From NCBI GenBank assembly GCA_024421085.1, contig JAHQYN010000004.1, positions 8,232 through 72,231 on the forward strand: a stretch of DNA of 64,000 nucleotides, written 5' to 3'. The position numbers and the translations under genes are program-made. This document shows, piece by piece, positions 28,200 through 36,794 of this stretch. How positions within the stretch are numbered: position 1 is the first letter of the stretch; each line of letters starts with the position of its first letter. The notes below the pieces were generated by a model. The model saw only the letters and a list, made by a program, of their open reading frames with translations. It did no database searches and was not told the DNA's origin. Source of the DNA: Acidimicrobiia bacterium. Lineage in GTDB: Bacteria; Actinomycetota; Acidimicrobiia; Acidimicrobiales; Aldehydirespiratoraceae.

Positions 28200-29802
28200 G
28201 TTCCGTGGCCCAGGGGATCGCCCGGAGACGCTCCTGTGGAATTCGCAGCCCGGAGACTATGCATATGCCGTAGGTGCCGGCTGCAATCCGGTCCAGGGCG
28301 GCATTGATCTGTTCGACTGCGCCTCTGGCCTGAGCCGACAGCGCGAGGTCGCGCTCGCGCTCCACGGCGAGCGTGTCGCCCTCGCCGCTCTCTTCGTCGA
28401 ACTGGACATCGCCCGGTTCGCGCCCCTCAATCAGCGCCTCGGCCTCGGCCCTATAGACCTCTTCAGAGTGGAGGTATTTGGCCCGTTCCGCGAGCAGCCG
28501 TTTCTTCATCTCCTCGTTGAACCTCTCGCTGAACGGCGGCGCAGTCCTCTTCTTCGCTCGCTTCTTCGCCGCAGCCTTCTTGACCGGCGCCTTCTTGACC
28601 CGGGCCTTCTTGGCCGCAGCCTTCTTAGTCGCGGCCTCCTTGACCGCTTGCTCCTGGGCCGGCGTCTTCTTGGCTGGCGTCTTCTTGGCTGGTGTCTTCT
28701 TGGCTAGCGTCTTCTTGGCTGGCGTCTTCTTGGCTGGGGCCTTCTTGGCTGGGGCCTTCTTGACCGCGGCCTCCTTGACCGCAGCCTTCTTGGCTGGAGT
28801 CTTCTTGGCCGGGGCCTTCTTGACAGACTGCTTCTTCACTGGAGTCTTCGTGACCGCAGCCTTCTTAGCTGGCGTCTTCTTGGCCGGGGCCTTCTTGACC
28901 GCAGCCTTCTTGGCTGGCGTCTTCTTGGCCGGGGCCTTCTTGACAGACTGCTTCTTCACTGGAGTCTTCGTGACCGCAGCCTTCTCCTTAGTCGCGGCCT
29001 CCTTGACCGCAGCCTTCTTGGCTGATGTCTTCTTGGCAGACTGCTTCTTGACCGCAGCCTTCTTGACCGGGGCCTCCTTAGTCGCGGCCTTCTTGGCAGA
29101 CCGCTTGTTGACCGCAGCCTTCTTGACCGGGGCCTCCTTAGTCGCGGCCTTCTTGGCAGACTGCTTCTTGACCGCAGCCTTCTTGACCGGGGCCTCCTTG
29201 GCCGCGGCCTTCTTGGCAGACTGCTTCTTGACCGCAGCCTTCTTGACCGGGGCCTCCTTGGCCGCGGCCTTCTTGGCTGATGTCTTCTTGGCAGACTGCT
29301 TCTTGGCAGACTGCTTCTTGGCTGGGGCCTTCTTAGTCGCGGCCTCCTTGGCCGGAGCCTCCTTAGTCGCGGCCTCCTTGGCCGCGGCCTTCTTGACGGG
29401 GGCCTCCTTAGTCGCGGCCTCTTTGGCTGGGGCCTTCTTGACAGACTGCTTCTTCACTGGCGTCTTCTTGACGGCTTGTTTCTTGACCGCAACCTTCTTG
29501 ACGGGGGCCTCCTTAGTCGCGGCCTTCTTGGCCGCTTGCTTCTTGACGGGGGCCTCCTTAGTCGCGGCCTTCTTGGCCGGAGCCTTCTTGACCGCTTGTT
29601 TCTTGACCGCAGCCTTCTTGACCGGCGCCTCCTTGACGGCGGCCTTCTTGGCCGCTTGCTTCTCGGCTGGGGCCTTCTTGGCTGGAGTCTTCTTGGCTGG
29701 AGTCTTCTTGGCCGCGGCGTCGGGCGCGGTGCGTTCCCGCTTGGAGGCGGGGCTAGCCGAATCTTCGGTCTTGGCGCCTGCGCTACGCTTTTTCTTGACC
29801 AT
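28162..29802 (-). CDS. Chimeric protein: Lys/Ala-rich histone-H1-like repeat domain of about 420 aa fused to a C-terminal DksA/TraR-like domain
   Basis: The N-terminus consists of reiterated [18 protein letters not shown] motifs (DNA repeats about 28540-29750, including four copies of about 60 bp at about 29041-29280). The C-terminus has a coiled coil plus [39 protein letters not shown], which is DksA/TraR-like but lacks the four Zn-finger cysteines. Confidence 0.75.
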   Translation of the reverse strand: MVKKKRSAGAKTEDSASPASKRERTAPDAAAKKTPAKKTPAKKAPAEKQAAKKAAVKEAPVKKAAVKKQAVKKAPAKKAATKEAPVKKQAAKKAATKEAPVKKVAVKKQAVKKTPVKKQSVKKAPAKEAATKEAPVKKAAAKEAATKEAPAKEAATKKAPAKKQSAKKQSAKKTSAKKAAAKEAPVKKAAVKKQSAKKAAAKEAPVKKAAVKKQSAKKAATKEAPVKKAAVNKRSAKKAATKEAPVKKAAVKKQSAKKTSAKKAAVKEAATKEKAAVTKTPVKKQSVKKAPAKKTPAKKAAVKKAPAKKTPAKKAAVTKTPVKKQSVKKAPAKKTPAKKAAVKEAAVKKAPAKKAPAKKTPAKKTLAKKTPAKKTPAKKTPAQEQAVKEAATKKAAAKKARVKKAPVKKAAAKKRAKKRTAPPFSERFNEEMKKRLLAERAKYLHSEEVYRAEAEALIEGREPGDVQFDEESGEGDTLAVERERDLALSAQARGAVEQINAALDRIAAGTYGICIVSGLRIPQERLRAIPWATERVEYKAGSLGLR

Positions 29803-29884
29803 GCTGCCGGTCCTTCACACCTGTGACCGACGCATCACCGCCCCAGTCGGGTCCGCAGTGTACCCGATGCCAGCATCGACTAGT

Positions 29885-31111
29885 TCAACGGCCCCCCAAG
29901 AACCACGGAGACCTGCGTTGATCCTCCTCCTGGTTGAAGAACGCTGACAGAGCGTCGTCTGTATCGGTTCGGATGTTGTCTCTCGAGGCAGCCTCTCGGA
30001 GTTGGGCAAGAAACGGCTCCTCCTCGCGTCTCCGCACCGCCGCAGACGACAGTTCGGTCTCGTCGAACAACTGCGGGCGCAGCGGAGCACCCTCCACTCC
30101 CAGCGGCTCGGCTCCGTCGTCGCGAGCAGGCTGCTGCTCGAGATCTTCAACGGTCACGAACCTCGGCTGCCCATGTGGCGTCTCGACAGACTCGCCGAGT
30201 GCAGCGCCGGAGGCGTAGCTCGGCGTCTCGCTGAGCAGCGAGTCGGCCCCGTCATCAACAACGGCGGATGCATCCAAGCCGGGTACTTCATCGGCTTGCG
30301 GCGCAGTGCTGTCGGTGTCCTCGGCTCGGGGCCCGCTCGATTCCGACTCGTGTGAGTCCTCGCCGTCAAGTTCCACGCGCTCACCCGCTCCGTCCTCGGG
30401 ATCGACAGCGTCGGTCGCCGCCCCAGAATCCGTGTCGTCAACGACAGGCTCGGAGTTCCCGTTCAATGGTTCTCGCACCGCTCGGAAGATCTCTGCGGAC
30501 TCGAAGACCTCGACCAGTCTCGACAACGATGTCTCGACCTCTCGGCGCCTCTCAGCAACCTGGCGCTCGAACAACTCCAGATCTTCTTGTTGCCGGGCGC
30601 GTTGTGCGGCCAACTCGCTGATCGCAGAGGCGTGCTGCTCGCGCTCGGCGGCCGCCGCGGCGGCTTCGCGTTCCCTGGCCAGATTCTCGACGTCTGCGAG
30701 GGTGGACGCGGCAAATTCGTCGGCTTCGTGGCGTATCCGCGTTCCCTCCGCATGGGCACCGGCGATCATGGCCTCCACCCGGCTCTCGGCCTCAGCAACG
30801 ATCTGCTTTGCCTGTTGACCGGCTTCATCGATTGCGTCGTCCGCGGCGTCTTGGTCCGACCCGAGCGCTCGGGCAGGCTCTTCGGCTTTGGCGGCCTCTT
30901 CGGCTGCGGAAGTCCCGGGCTTTGGATCGACGGGTTCGTCCGCGCGCGTCGATTCGGTCCCGACACGCTCGGTGAGGGTCTCAATCCGGCTGCGCGCCCA
31001 GACAGCCGCCCTGGTCGCGCTGTCGACATACGCGTCAACCTCTGCGGGGTCGTAGCCCCTCCAACGCTCGTGAAACCTGACCTGGGCAAGAAGGGGAGAC
31101 AATTCGTCCAT
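29885..31111 (-). CDS. divIVA: DivIVA-domain protein (Wag31-like) with a long acidic coiled-coil C-terminus
   Basis: [30 protein letters not shown] is the DivIVA N-terminal signature. The ATG at 31111 lies just after the sepF stop. Confidence 0.85.
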   Translation of the reverse strand: MDELSPLLAQVRFHERWRGYDPAEVDAYVDSATRAAVWARSRIETLTERVGTESTRADEPVDPKPGTSAAEEAAKAEEPARALGSDQDAADDAIDEAGQQAKQIVAEAESRVEAMIAGAHAEGTRIRHEADEFAASTLADVENLAREREAAAAAAEREQHASAISELAAQRARQQEDLELFERQVAERRREVETSLSRLVEVFESAEIFRAVREPLNGNSEPVVDDTDSGAATDAVDPEDGAGERVELDGEDSHESESSGPRAEDTDSTAPQADEVPGLDASAVVDDGADSLLSETPSYASGAALGESVETPHGQPRFVTVEDLEQQPARDDGAEPLGVEGAPLRPQLFDETELSSAAVRRREEEPFLAQLREAASRDNIRTDTDDALSAFFNQEEDQRRSPWFLGGR

Positions 31112-31139
31112 GTCATGGATTGTAGAACAGGAGAGTCCG

Positions 31140-31736
31140 CTAATCGGGGACACCCTCGGCAGTCGCCCTGGATTCGAACATCGCACGCACCGTGGCCTCG
31201 GGAGGAGTTATCAGGAACACCTGGTCGGCGACCCGATCCATGTTCCCCCCGAGCGCGTAGCACGCACCGCTCGCAAAGTCGAGAAGCCGACGCCGAGTGC
31301 CCCGCTCCGCGTTCTGGAGGTTCAGGATCACAGGCTGCCCCCCCTTGAGCCGTTCACCAAACTGGGGGGCGTCCTCGAATACCGTCGGCGAGGCCGTATG
31401 GGGGGTCGCGTTGGAGGGCCTGGTCGGGGGATCGTCGACGATTCGGACCGCAGACTCGCCCGCATCCGACGACTGGCGCCGCCCACGCGGCCCTCTGTCG
31501 CGGGGCCAGTCATCGACCGGAGCCATCGGGCGGACAACCGCGTCGGCACTGCCAGCAGGCATGATCGGGCGGACCGTGGCGCTGCCGGGGCCCCGTCGAG
31601 CATCGAGTCCAGTCGGCGAGTTGGCGTAGACTTCCTCAGCCCCGCCGGGATATCCTCCGCCCGCGAGCTGTTCGTCGTACTGCTCGTATTCCTCGTCGGA
31701 CCCGAGTCCCAGGTAAAATAGCGCTTTCTTCAGCAT
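31140..31736 (-). CDS. sepF: Cell-division protein SepF
   Basis: N-terminal amphipathic MLKKALFYLGLG and C-terminal core GQPVILNLQNAERGTRRRLLDFASGACYALGGNMDRV. GGAGG lies upstream of the ATG. Confidence 0.9.
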   Translation of the reverse strand: MLKKALFYLGLGSDEEYEQYDEQLAGGGYPGGAEEVYANSPTGLDARRGPGSATVRPIMPAGSADAVVRPMAPVDDWPRDRGPRGRRQSSDAGESAVRIVDDPPTRPSNATPHTASPTVFEDAPQFGERLKGGQPVILNLQNAERGTRRRLLDFASGACYALGGNMDRVADQVFLITPPEATVRAMFESRATAEGVPD

Positions 31737-31777
31737 GTTGAACCTGCCTCCTGCCGCAAATGTAGCGTTAGCGGAGC

Positions 31778-31975
31778 AGCGGGTGCGTCATTACCGTGCA
31801 GAACGTGCGCAGCGGGTGCGTCATTACCGTGCAGAACGTGCGCAGCGGCCGTGTCATTACCGTGCAGAACGTGCGCAGCGGCCGTGTCATGGCCGCGCAG
31901 AACGTGCATAGCGGATGCCTCATGGCCGCGCAGAACGTGCATAGCGGATGCCTCATGGCCGCGCAGAACGTGCGC
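31778..31975. repeat. Six tandem 33-bp units in the yggS-sepF spacer
   Basis: Units start at 31778, 31811, 31844, 31877, 31910 and 31943. Units 1 and 2 are identical; the others are a block-wise mosaic. Every unit contains ATGA on the minus strand. Confidence 0.9.
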
Positions 31976-31989
31976 TGCAACAGCACCGC

Positions 31990-32724
31990 TCAAGGAGCAC
32001 TTCGCTGGTTCCGCTGCGCCCGCGGACCGAACAGGCCCGAGCCGATCCTGACCATTGTGGCACCCTGTTGCACCGCGACCTCCAAGTCTGCGGTCATCCC
32101 CATCGAACACTCGGCAAGACCGAGCCGGTCGACGAGCCCGCGCAGCAGGGCGAATCCCCTGCCGGCATCCTCCGGTTCGCCAATCGGGCCGATCCCCATC
32201 AACCCGGCCACGTCGAGCCCCAGCGCCCGCAGGCGTTGCACCAGTTCCGGGGCCTCCGAGAGCCCGCACCCGCGTCTGTGTCCATCGCCGGAGAGGTTGA
32301 CTTGCACCATCACCTCGGCCGACGGGCACCGCTTCGCCAACTCCTCGCCGAGGTCGAGTCGGTCGATGGACTGCCAGACGTCGACGGTCGAGGCCAGCTT
32401 GCGTACCTTGTTGCTCTGCAGGCCCCCGACGAAATGCAGGCGGGCCCGCGCCCGGCTGTGCTCGGTCAGCGCCCGGCTCTTGTGCAGCAACTCCTGGGCA
32501 TAGCTCTCGGCGACGTCGCAGCAGCCCGCGGCGATCGCCGACTCCATCGTCTGCACGCCGCAGCCCTTGGTCACGGCCACGATCCGGACGCTGTCACCTC
32601 CTGCGGCCGCGATGCGCGCGCGGACCCGCTCGAGGCGCCGCCGGATCGTCGCCGGGTCGTTCATCGCCTTGTCGTTCATCGCCGGGTCGTTCATCGCCTT
32701 GTCGTTCATCGCCGGGCCGTTCAT
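31990..32724 (-). CDS. yggS: PLP-binding protein YggS/YlmE
   Basis: VRIVAVTKG (PLP lysine) and MGMTADLEVAVQQGATMVRIGSGLFG. The ATG at 32724 overlaps the pgeF stop (ATGA). Four further in-frame ATGs lie in the 15-bp repeat. The ORF-track start is 32739. Confidence 0.85.
   Translation of the reverse strand: MNGPAMNDKAMNDPAMNDKAMNDPATIRRRLERVRARIAAAGGDSVRIVAVTKGCGVQTMESAIAAGCCDVAESYAQELLHKSRALTEHSRARARLHFVGGLQSNKVRKLASTVDVWQSIDRLDLGEELAKRCPSAEVMVQVNLSGDGHRRGCGLSEAPELVQRLRALGLDVAGLMGIGPIGEPEDAGRGFALLRGLVDRLGLAECSMGMTADLEVAVQQGATMVRIGSGLFGPRAQRNQRSAP
32650..32724. repeat. Five tandem 15-bp units (RC: ATGAACGACnnGGCG) at the pgeF/yggS junction
   Basis: tcat occurs at 32661, 32676, 32691, 32706 and 32721. 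The units are translated as MNGPA-MNDKA-MNDPA-MNDKA-MNDPA. Confidence 0.9.
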
Positions 32725-33419
32725 CGCCGTTCGAGCCACGCCACCGTCGCCTGACGCTGGCGTTCGCCACGGCAGCGGTGGGAGTACCAGCGGTCCTCGG
32801 AGGTGTCGAAGGGCACGTCGCTGTGGGGCGGTCCGACCACCGAGAACGAAGCGACCCCTGCTTGCTCACACTGTGACCGGACCGCCGCGGCCAGGTCCAG
32901 TGCCGGCAGGCCGTCGGCGGTGGTCGAGCGCACACAGTCCCCCGCCACCGAAGCCACAAGGTCCAACTCGGCCGCGCCGAACCCGTACCGGGACGCGGCG
33001 ATGCAGGGACCCAGCAGGGCGTGGGTCCGTCCTCCGCCGAGCGCGCCGAGCAGATCAGTGGCTGCCGGGACGATCCTCTGCACGATTCCCCGCCAGCCTG
33101 CATGCACCAGCCCCACGAGACCCTCCGAGGCGAGCACCAGCGGCGCACAGTCGGCTGTCTGGACAGACAGCCGCGCATCGACACAGCCGGTCACGCAGCC
33201 GTCCGCCGCCGCGCCGCGGCGCGCACCGGGCCCGTGGACCACGACTATGTCGGATCCGTGGACCTGCTCGAGCCAGGTCCACTGGCCCGAGACCAAGCGG
33301 GCACGGGCCCGTGCCAGTTCCCCGGGGTCTGCGTCGATGGCGAAGTCGCCGTCGCAGCGCTCCGAGCAGACCACGCGCACGACGTGGTCGCGACCGGCCT
33401 GAAGCGTGCGCTCAATCAC
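32721..33419 (-). CDS. pgeF: Peptidoglycan editing factor PgeF (YfiH/DUF152 family)
   Basis: LEQVHGSDIVVV, ADCAPLVL and HAGWRG motifs, in the conserved position downstream of ftsZ. Confidence 0.85.
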   Translation of the reverse strand: MIERTLQAGRDHVVRVVCSERCDGDFAIDADPGELARARARLVSGQWTWLEQVHGSDIVVVHGPGARRGAAADGCVTGCVDARLSVQTADCAPLVLASEGLVGLVHAGWRGIVQRIVPAATDLLGALGGGRTHALLGPCIAASRYGFGAAELDLVASVAGDCVRSTTADGLPALDLAAAVRSQCEQAGVASFSVVGPPHSDVPFDTSEDRWYSHRCRGERQRQATVAWLERR

Positions 33420-33431
33420 TCGCCGGTTCCG

Positions 33432-34535
33432 TCACCTCAAGAATGACGGCACGTCGAACTCGTCGTTTGGGTCGAGGTCGTCGTCGCCGAAGGACGCGAA
33501 CACGTCGACGATCGGAACGTCTCCGGTGGGCTGGGCACCGTGGGGGTCGTCGGCCCCGGACGGTTGTCTCGGCGCCTGGCGCGTGTCGTCCCAGCGGTCG
33601 AAGCCAGCGGCGATGACCGTGACCCTCACGTCGTCACCCATCTCTTCGTCGACGACCGTCCCGAAAATGATGTTGGCGTCCTGGTGGGCGACGGCGTGGA
33701 TGATCTCGGCTGCCTCGTTGACCTCGAGCAGGCCCAGGTCGGGTCCGCCGCTGACGTTCAGCAGAATGCCGCGGGCGTTCTCGATCGAAGCCTCAAGCAG
33801 GGGGCTGGAGATGGCGTCGCGGGCCGCGCCGACGGCGCGGCCCTCACCGGTGCCGCGGCCAATTCCCATCAGGGCGCTGCCCGCGTCGGTCATCACGGTG
33901 CGGACATCGGCGAAGTCGGTGTTGATCAAGCCCGGGGTGGTTATCAGCGTGGTGATGCCCTGGACACCCTGCAGCAGGATCTCGTCGGCCATCTTGAAGG
34001 CGTTCAGCACCGAGGTGTTGGTGTCGGCCACCGTCAGCAGCCGGTCGTTGGGGATCACGATCAGCGTGTCGACCTTCTCCTTGAGCCTCTGGATCCCCGT
34101 CTCGGCTTGAACCGAGCGGCGGCGGCCCTCGAAGGCGAAGGGCCGGGTAACCACCCCTATCGTGAGGGCGCCCTCCGATTTGGCGAGTTCGGCGATCACC
34201 GGCGCGGCACCGGTCCCGGTCCCGCCGCCCTTGCCCGCGGTGATGAAGACCATGTCGGCACCGCGGATCGACTCGCGGATCTCGTCGATGTGCGCTTCAG
34301 CGGCCGAACGCCCCACCTCCGGGTCGCTGCCCGCACCGAGGCCGCGGGTCAGGTCGCGCCCGATATCGATCTTCTCGTCGGCATCGCTCATCAACAACGC
34401 TTGGGCATCGGTGTTGGCGGCAATGAACTCGACTCCTTTCAACCCGGCGTCGATCATCCGGTTGACGGCATTGACACCCCCGCCGCCGACTCCTATCACC
34501 TTGATGACGGCTAGATAATTCTGCGGATGAGACAT
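33432..34535 (-). CDS. ftsZ: Cell-division GTPase FtsZ
   Basis: [17 protein letters not shown], the tubulin signature [13 protein letters not shown], and a C-terminal DVPSFLR tail. Confidence 0.97.
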   Translation of the reverse strand: MSHPQNYLAVIKVIGVGGGGVNAVNRMIDAGLKGVEFIAANTDAQALLMSDADEKIDIGRDLTRGLGAGSDPEVGRSAAEAHIDEIRESIRGADMVFITAGKGGGTGTGAAPVIAELAKSEGALTIGVVTRPFAFEGRRRSVQAETGIQRLKEKVDTLIVIPNDRLLTVADTNTSVLNAFKMADEILLQGVQGITTLITTPGLINTDFADVRTVMTDAGSALMGIGRGTGEGRAVGAARDAISSPLLEASIENARGILLNVSGGPDLGLLEVNEAAEIIHAVAHQDANIIFGTVVDEEMGDDVRVTVIAAGFDRWDDTRQAPRQPSGADDPHGAQPTGDVPIVDVFASFGDDDLDPNDEFDVPSFLR

Positions 34536-34695
34536 CGCGTGCTTGTCCTAATATCTTGATTTGAGAGATGTGGAACCTGGGCCGAAGCGACCCGGCACCA
34601 GTCAAACGATGACCGTATACGACCGAGCGCGCAGATTCGCGGACGGTAGGCCAGTTTCGTGCGGTGTGCAACGCGTCCGGCGGTCGGCGCAGCGG

Positions 34696-35511
34696 TCATG
34701 GACGTTCGATTCCGGCGCGGGCGGCACACCCCGGGTCGCGTCGGACAGTCGGGAAATCGGCGACTGCGACATCGATCGTGCGGACGCAGGTCAGATCGAT
34801 CCCGTTGATCACCGTTCTCAGCGCTTGGACCTTGTCGGCTAGGAGCGTGGGCTCGCCGAGGTCTGCCTCGGCCTCCCCGACCAGATCGAACCCGACCAGT
34901 CCCCTAGCCCGTTCGGAGGCGCCGGGGCGGTAGGTGACGGCTTCGACCCAGGCTGCCAGGTCGTCGGGGAGCACTTCGATCAACTTGAGCCCGGGCAGTG
35001 CCTCGGGCTCGACCTGCCCCGGTTGGGCGCTGCTCTCCAACGAGATCATCGGCAGCTCCCGGTACCGGTCGCCGCCCTCGGCGATCACCGCGCCGACGGC
35101 ATCGACGACTGCGCCGGGGCCGTCGGGCCCGGTGAGGCGCGCCACCGCCGTGCGCTCGACCACCTCGACGCGCACGGTGCCGGGCCACGACTTCTCGACT
35201 GCGGCGTCGAGCACCCAGGGGAGTGCTTCGAGGTCGGCTTCGATCAGCGCCGAATCGACGTCTTTGAGCGGTGTCCCCCGCACCGGCCCGACGACCTGCG
35301 ACACCTCGGCGAGCCGCGACGGGCCGAGGCCGTGGACCTCGATATGGTCGAGGTCCAGCAGTGGTGACCGCAGCGCCGCCCAGCCCGCGAAGATCAGTCC
35401 CAGGATCGCCGCGCCGACGACGACGAAGCGCAGTCGGCGCCGGCCCTCGGCCCGCCGCACCGCAGCTCGTCGCGCCCGGAGCCGTGGGTCAATCCTGCCA
35501 GCCACCGTCAT
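34696..35511 (-). CDS. ftsQ: Cell-division protein FtsQ (POTRA)
   Basis: Arg-rich N-terminus, one TM segment (FVVVGAAILGLIFAGWAAL), and a POTRA-like LDLDHIEVHG. Its ATG overlaps the murB stop (ATGA). Confidence 0.8.
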   Translation of the reverse strand: MTVAGRIDPRLRARRAAVRRAEGRRRLRFVVVGAAILGLIFAGWAALRSPLLDLDHIEVHGLGPSRLAEVSQVVGPVRGTPLKDVDSALIEADLEALPWVLDAAVEKSWPGTVRVEVVERTAVARLTGPDGPGAVVDAVGAVIAEGGDRYRELPMISLESSAQPGQVEPEALPGLKLIEVLPDDLAAWVEAVTYRPGASERARGLVGFDLVGEAEADLGEPTLLADKVQALRTVINGIDLTCVRTIDVAVADFPTVRRDPGCAARAGIERP

Positions 35512-36794
35512 CGGCTGCCGTTTCCGTCGGCACAGCCGCCCGAATCGGCGGGCGCTGCCCCTTCCCCGCAGGTGTTGCCAGCCCCGCAGGCGTCTTTGGC
35601 CCCGCAGGCGTTACCAGCCCCGCGGGCGTCTCCCGCCCCGTAGGCGTTACCAGCCCCGCAGGCGTTACCAGCCCCGCGGGCGTCTCCGGCCCCGCAGGCG
35701 TCTTTGGCCCCGCAGGCGTTACCAGCCCCGCGGGCGTCTCCGGCCCCGCAGGCGTTACCAGCCCCGCGGGCATCTTTGGCCCCGCAGGCGTTACCAGCCG
35801 CGCGGGGGTCCCAGTCGTCGGACGCGTCGGGTTCGTCGAATCCGAGCAGTTGCGTCTCGAACTGCAGCTCGATCCCATGGCGCTCCAGCACCCGCCGTCG
35901 CAACTCCGCCATCAACGACAAGATGTCGGCGGCGCGCCCGTCGTCGTCGGCCTGAATGAAGTTGGCGTGCTTGCGTGACACCTCCGCGGTGCCGATCCGC
36001 AGGCCCTTGGCGCCGACAGTCTCGATGAGCCGCCCGGCACTGTCACCGTCGGGATTGCTGAACACCGACCCGGAGTTGTGTCCGCCGGGCTGATTGGCCC
36101 GTCTCCAGGCGACTATCTCGGCGAGCCGGGCGCTGCCGGCGGCCGCGGCTGCGCGGCTCAACTCGAAGCGGGCACCGAGCACCAGTTCGGCCGTGTCCAC
36201 CGACGAGGTGCGGTAGCCGAACTCCAGGCCGTCGTTGCTGCGGCTGAAGAGAGCACCGTTGCGCAGGTCGATCAGCTCGGCGTCGATCAGGGAGTCCCTG
36301 ATCTCGGCGCCGTGCCCGCCCGCGTTCATGCGGACCGCGCCGCCGACCGACCCTGGGACTCCGACAGCCCACTCGAAACCGCTGAGTCCGGCGCTGACCG
36401 AGGCGCGCGCGACCACGGGTAGCTTGGCAGACCCGCCCGCGGCGACCGTCGTCTCGGCGATGCTGACCTTGCTGAAACCCGGGCCCAGCATCACCGCCAG
36501 CCCGGCGAATCCGTCGTCGCTCACCAGCAGATTGGAGCCCCGCCCTATCACCGCAACCGGCGTGCGGGCGCACTCCTGGCTGCTGCAGAGAGCCTCGCAC
36601 AGCGCGGCGACTTCGCCGCGGTCGTTGACCACCACGAGCGCCGAGGCGGAACCGCCCACTCGATAGCTGGTGAGCGGGCCGAGGGCCGCGTCGACGCGGG
36701 TCTTCGCTGACAACGGACCCGAAAGCAGCGCCTGGATCACGGCCTCGTCACCCCGAGTGCCGCGCCGAGCACCGCGGCCGCCCGGACCGGTCAT
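35508..36794 (-). CDS. murB: UDP-N-acetylenolpyruvoylglucosamine reductase with a C-terminal hexapeptide-repeat tail of about 100 aa
   Basis: FAD-binding core: TSYRVGGSA, GRGSNLLV, GGHNSGSVFSNP. The tail consists of 13 hexapeptides (AGNACG/AKDARG/AGDARG..). Confidence 0.85.
   Translation of the reverse strand: MTGPGGRGARRGTRGDEAVIQALLSGPLSAKTRVDAALGPLTSYRVGGSASALVVVNDRGEVAALCEALCSSQECARTPVAVIGRGSNLLVSDDGFAGLAVMLGPGFSKVSIAETTVAAGGSAKLPVVARASVSAGLSGFEWAVGVPGSVGGAVRMNAGGHGAEIRDSLIDAELIDLRNGALFSRSNDGLEFGYRTSSVDTAELVLGARFELSRAAAAAGSARLAEIVAWRRANQPGGHNSGSVFSNPDGDSAGRLIETVGAKGLRIGTAEVSRKHANFIQADDDGRAADILSLMAELRRRVLERHGIELQFETQLLGFDEPDASDDWDPRAAGNACGAKDARGAGNACGAGDARGAGNACGAKDACGAGDARGAGNACGAGNAYGAGDARGAGNACGAKDACGAGNTCGEGAAPADSGGCADGNGSR
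35565..35798. repeat. 13 tandem 18-bp units (gccccgcaggcgttacca type) inside the murB 3' end
   Basis: Counted from the hexapeptide repeats in the translated tail; in frame with murB. Confidence 0.85.

Noticed and set aside
28478-29947. 489-aa plus-strand ORF rich in F/L/A/G (FLAG-like repeats)
   Set aside because: It is the antisense mirror of the AKKA-repeat gene on the minus strand. It has no start context, and the minus-strand product carries a recognisable DksA-like domain.
31160-31180. tRNA T-arm-like motif ggattcgaaca
   Set aside because: It lies inside the sepF C-terminal coding region. No acceptor stem or anticodon arm could be built around it by eye.
31730-32329. ORFs reading through the 33-bp array (HVLRGHEASAM.. 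and TFCAAMRHPL.. repeats)
   Set aside because: They are open only because the unit length is a multiple of 3. They overlap yggS out of frame and have no start context.
35271-35978. Plus-strand 235-aa ORF with PAGV(T/S/F)S/G repeats, and minus-strand ORF 35489..35878
   Set aside because: Both are alternative-frame readings of the 18-bp murB tail repeat. The murB frame is preferred because it continues from the catalytic domain and ends in the ATGA overlap with ftsQ.
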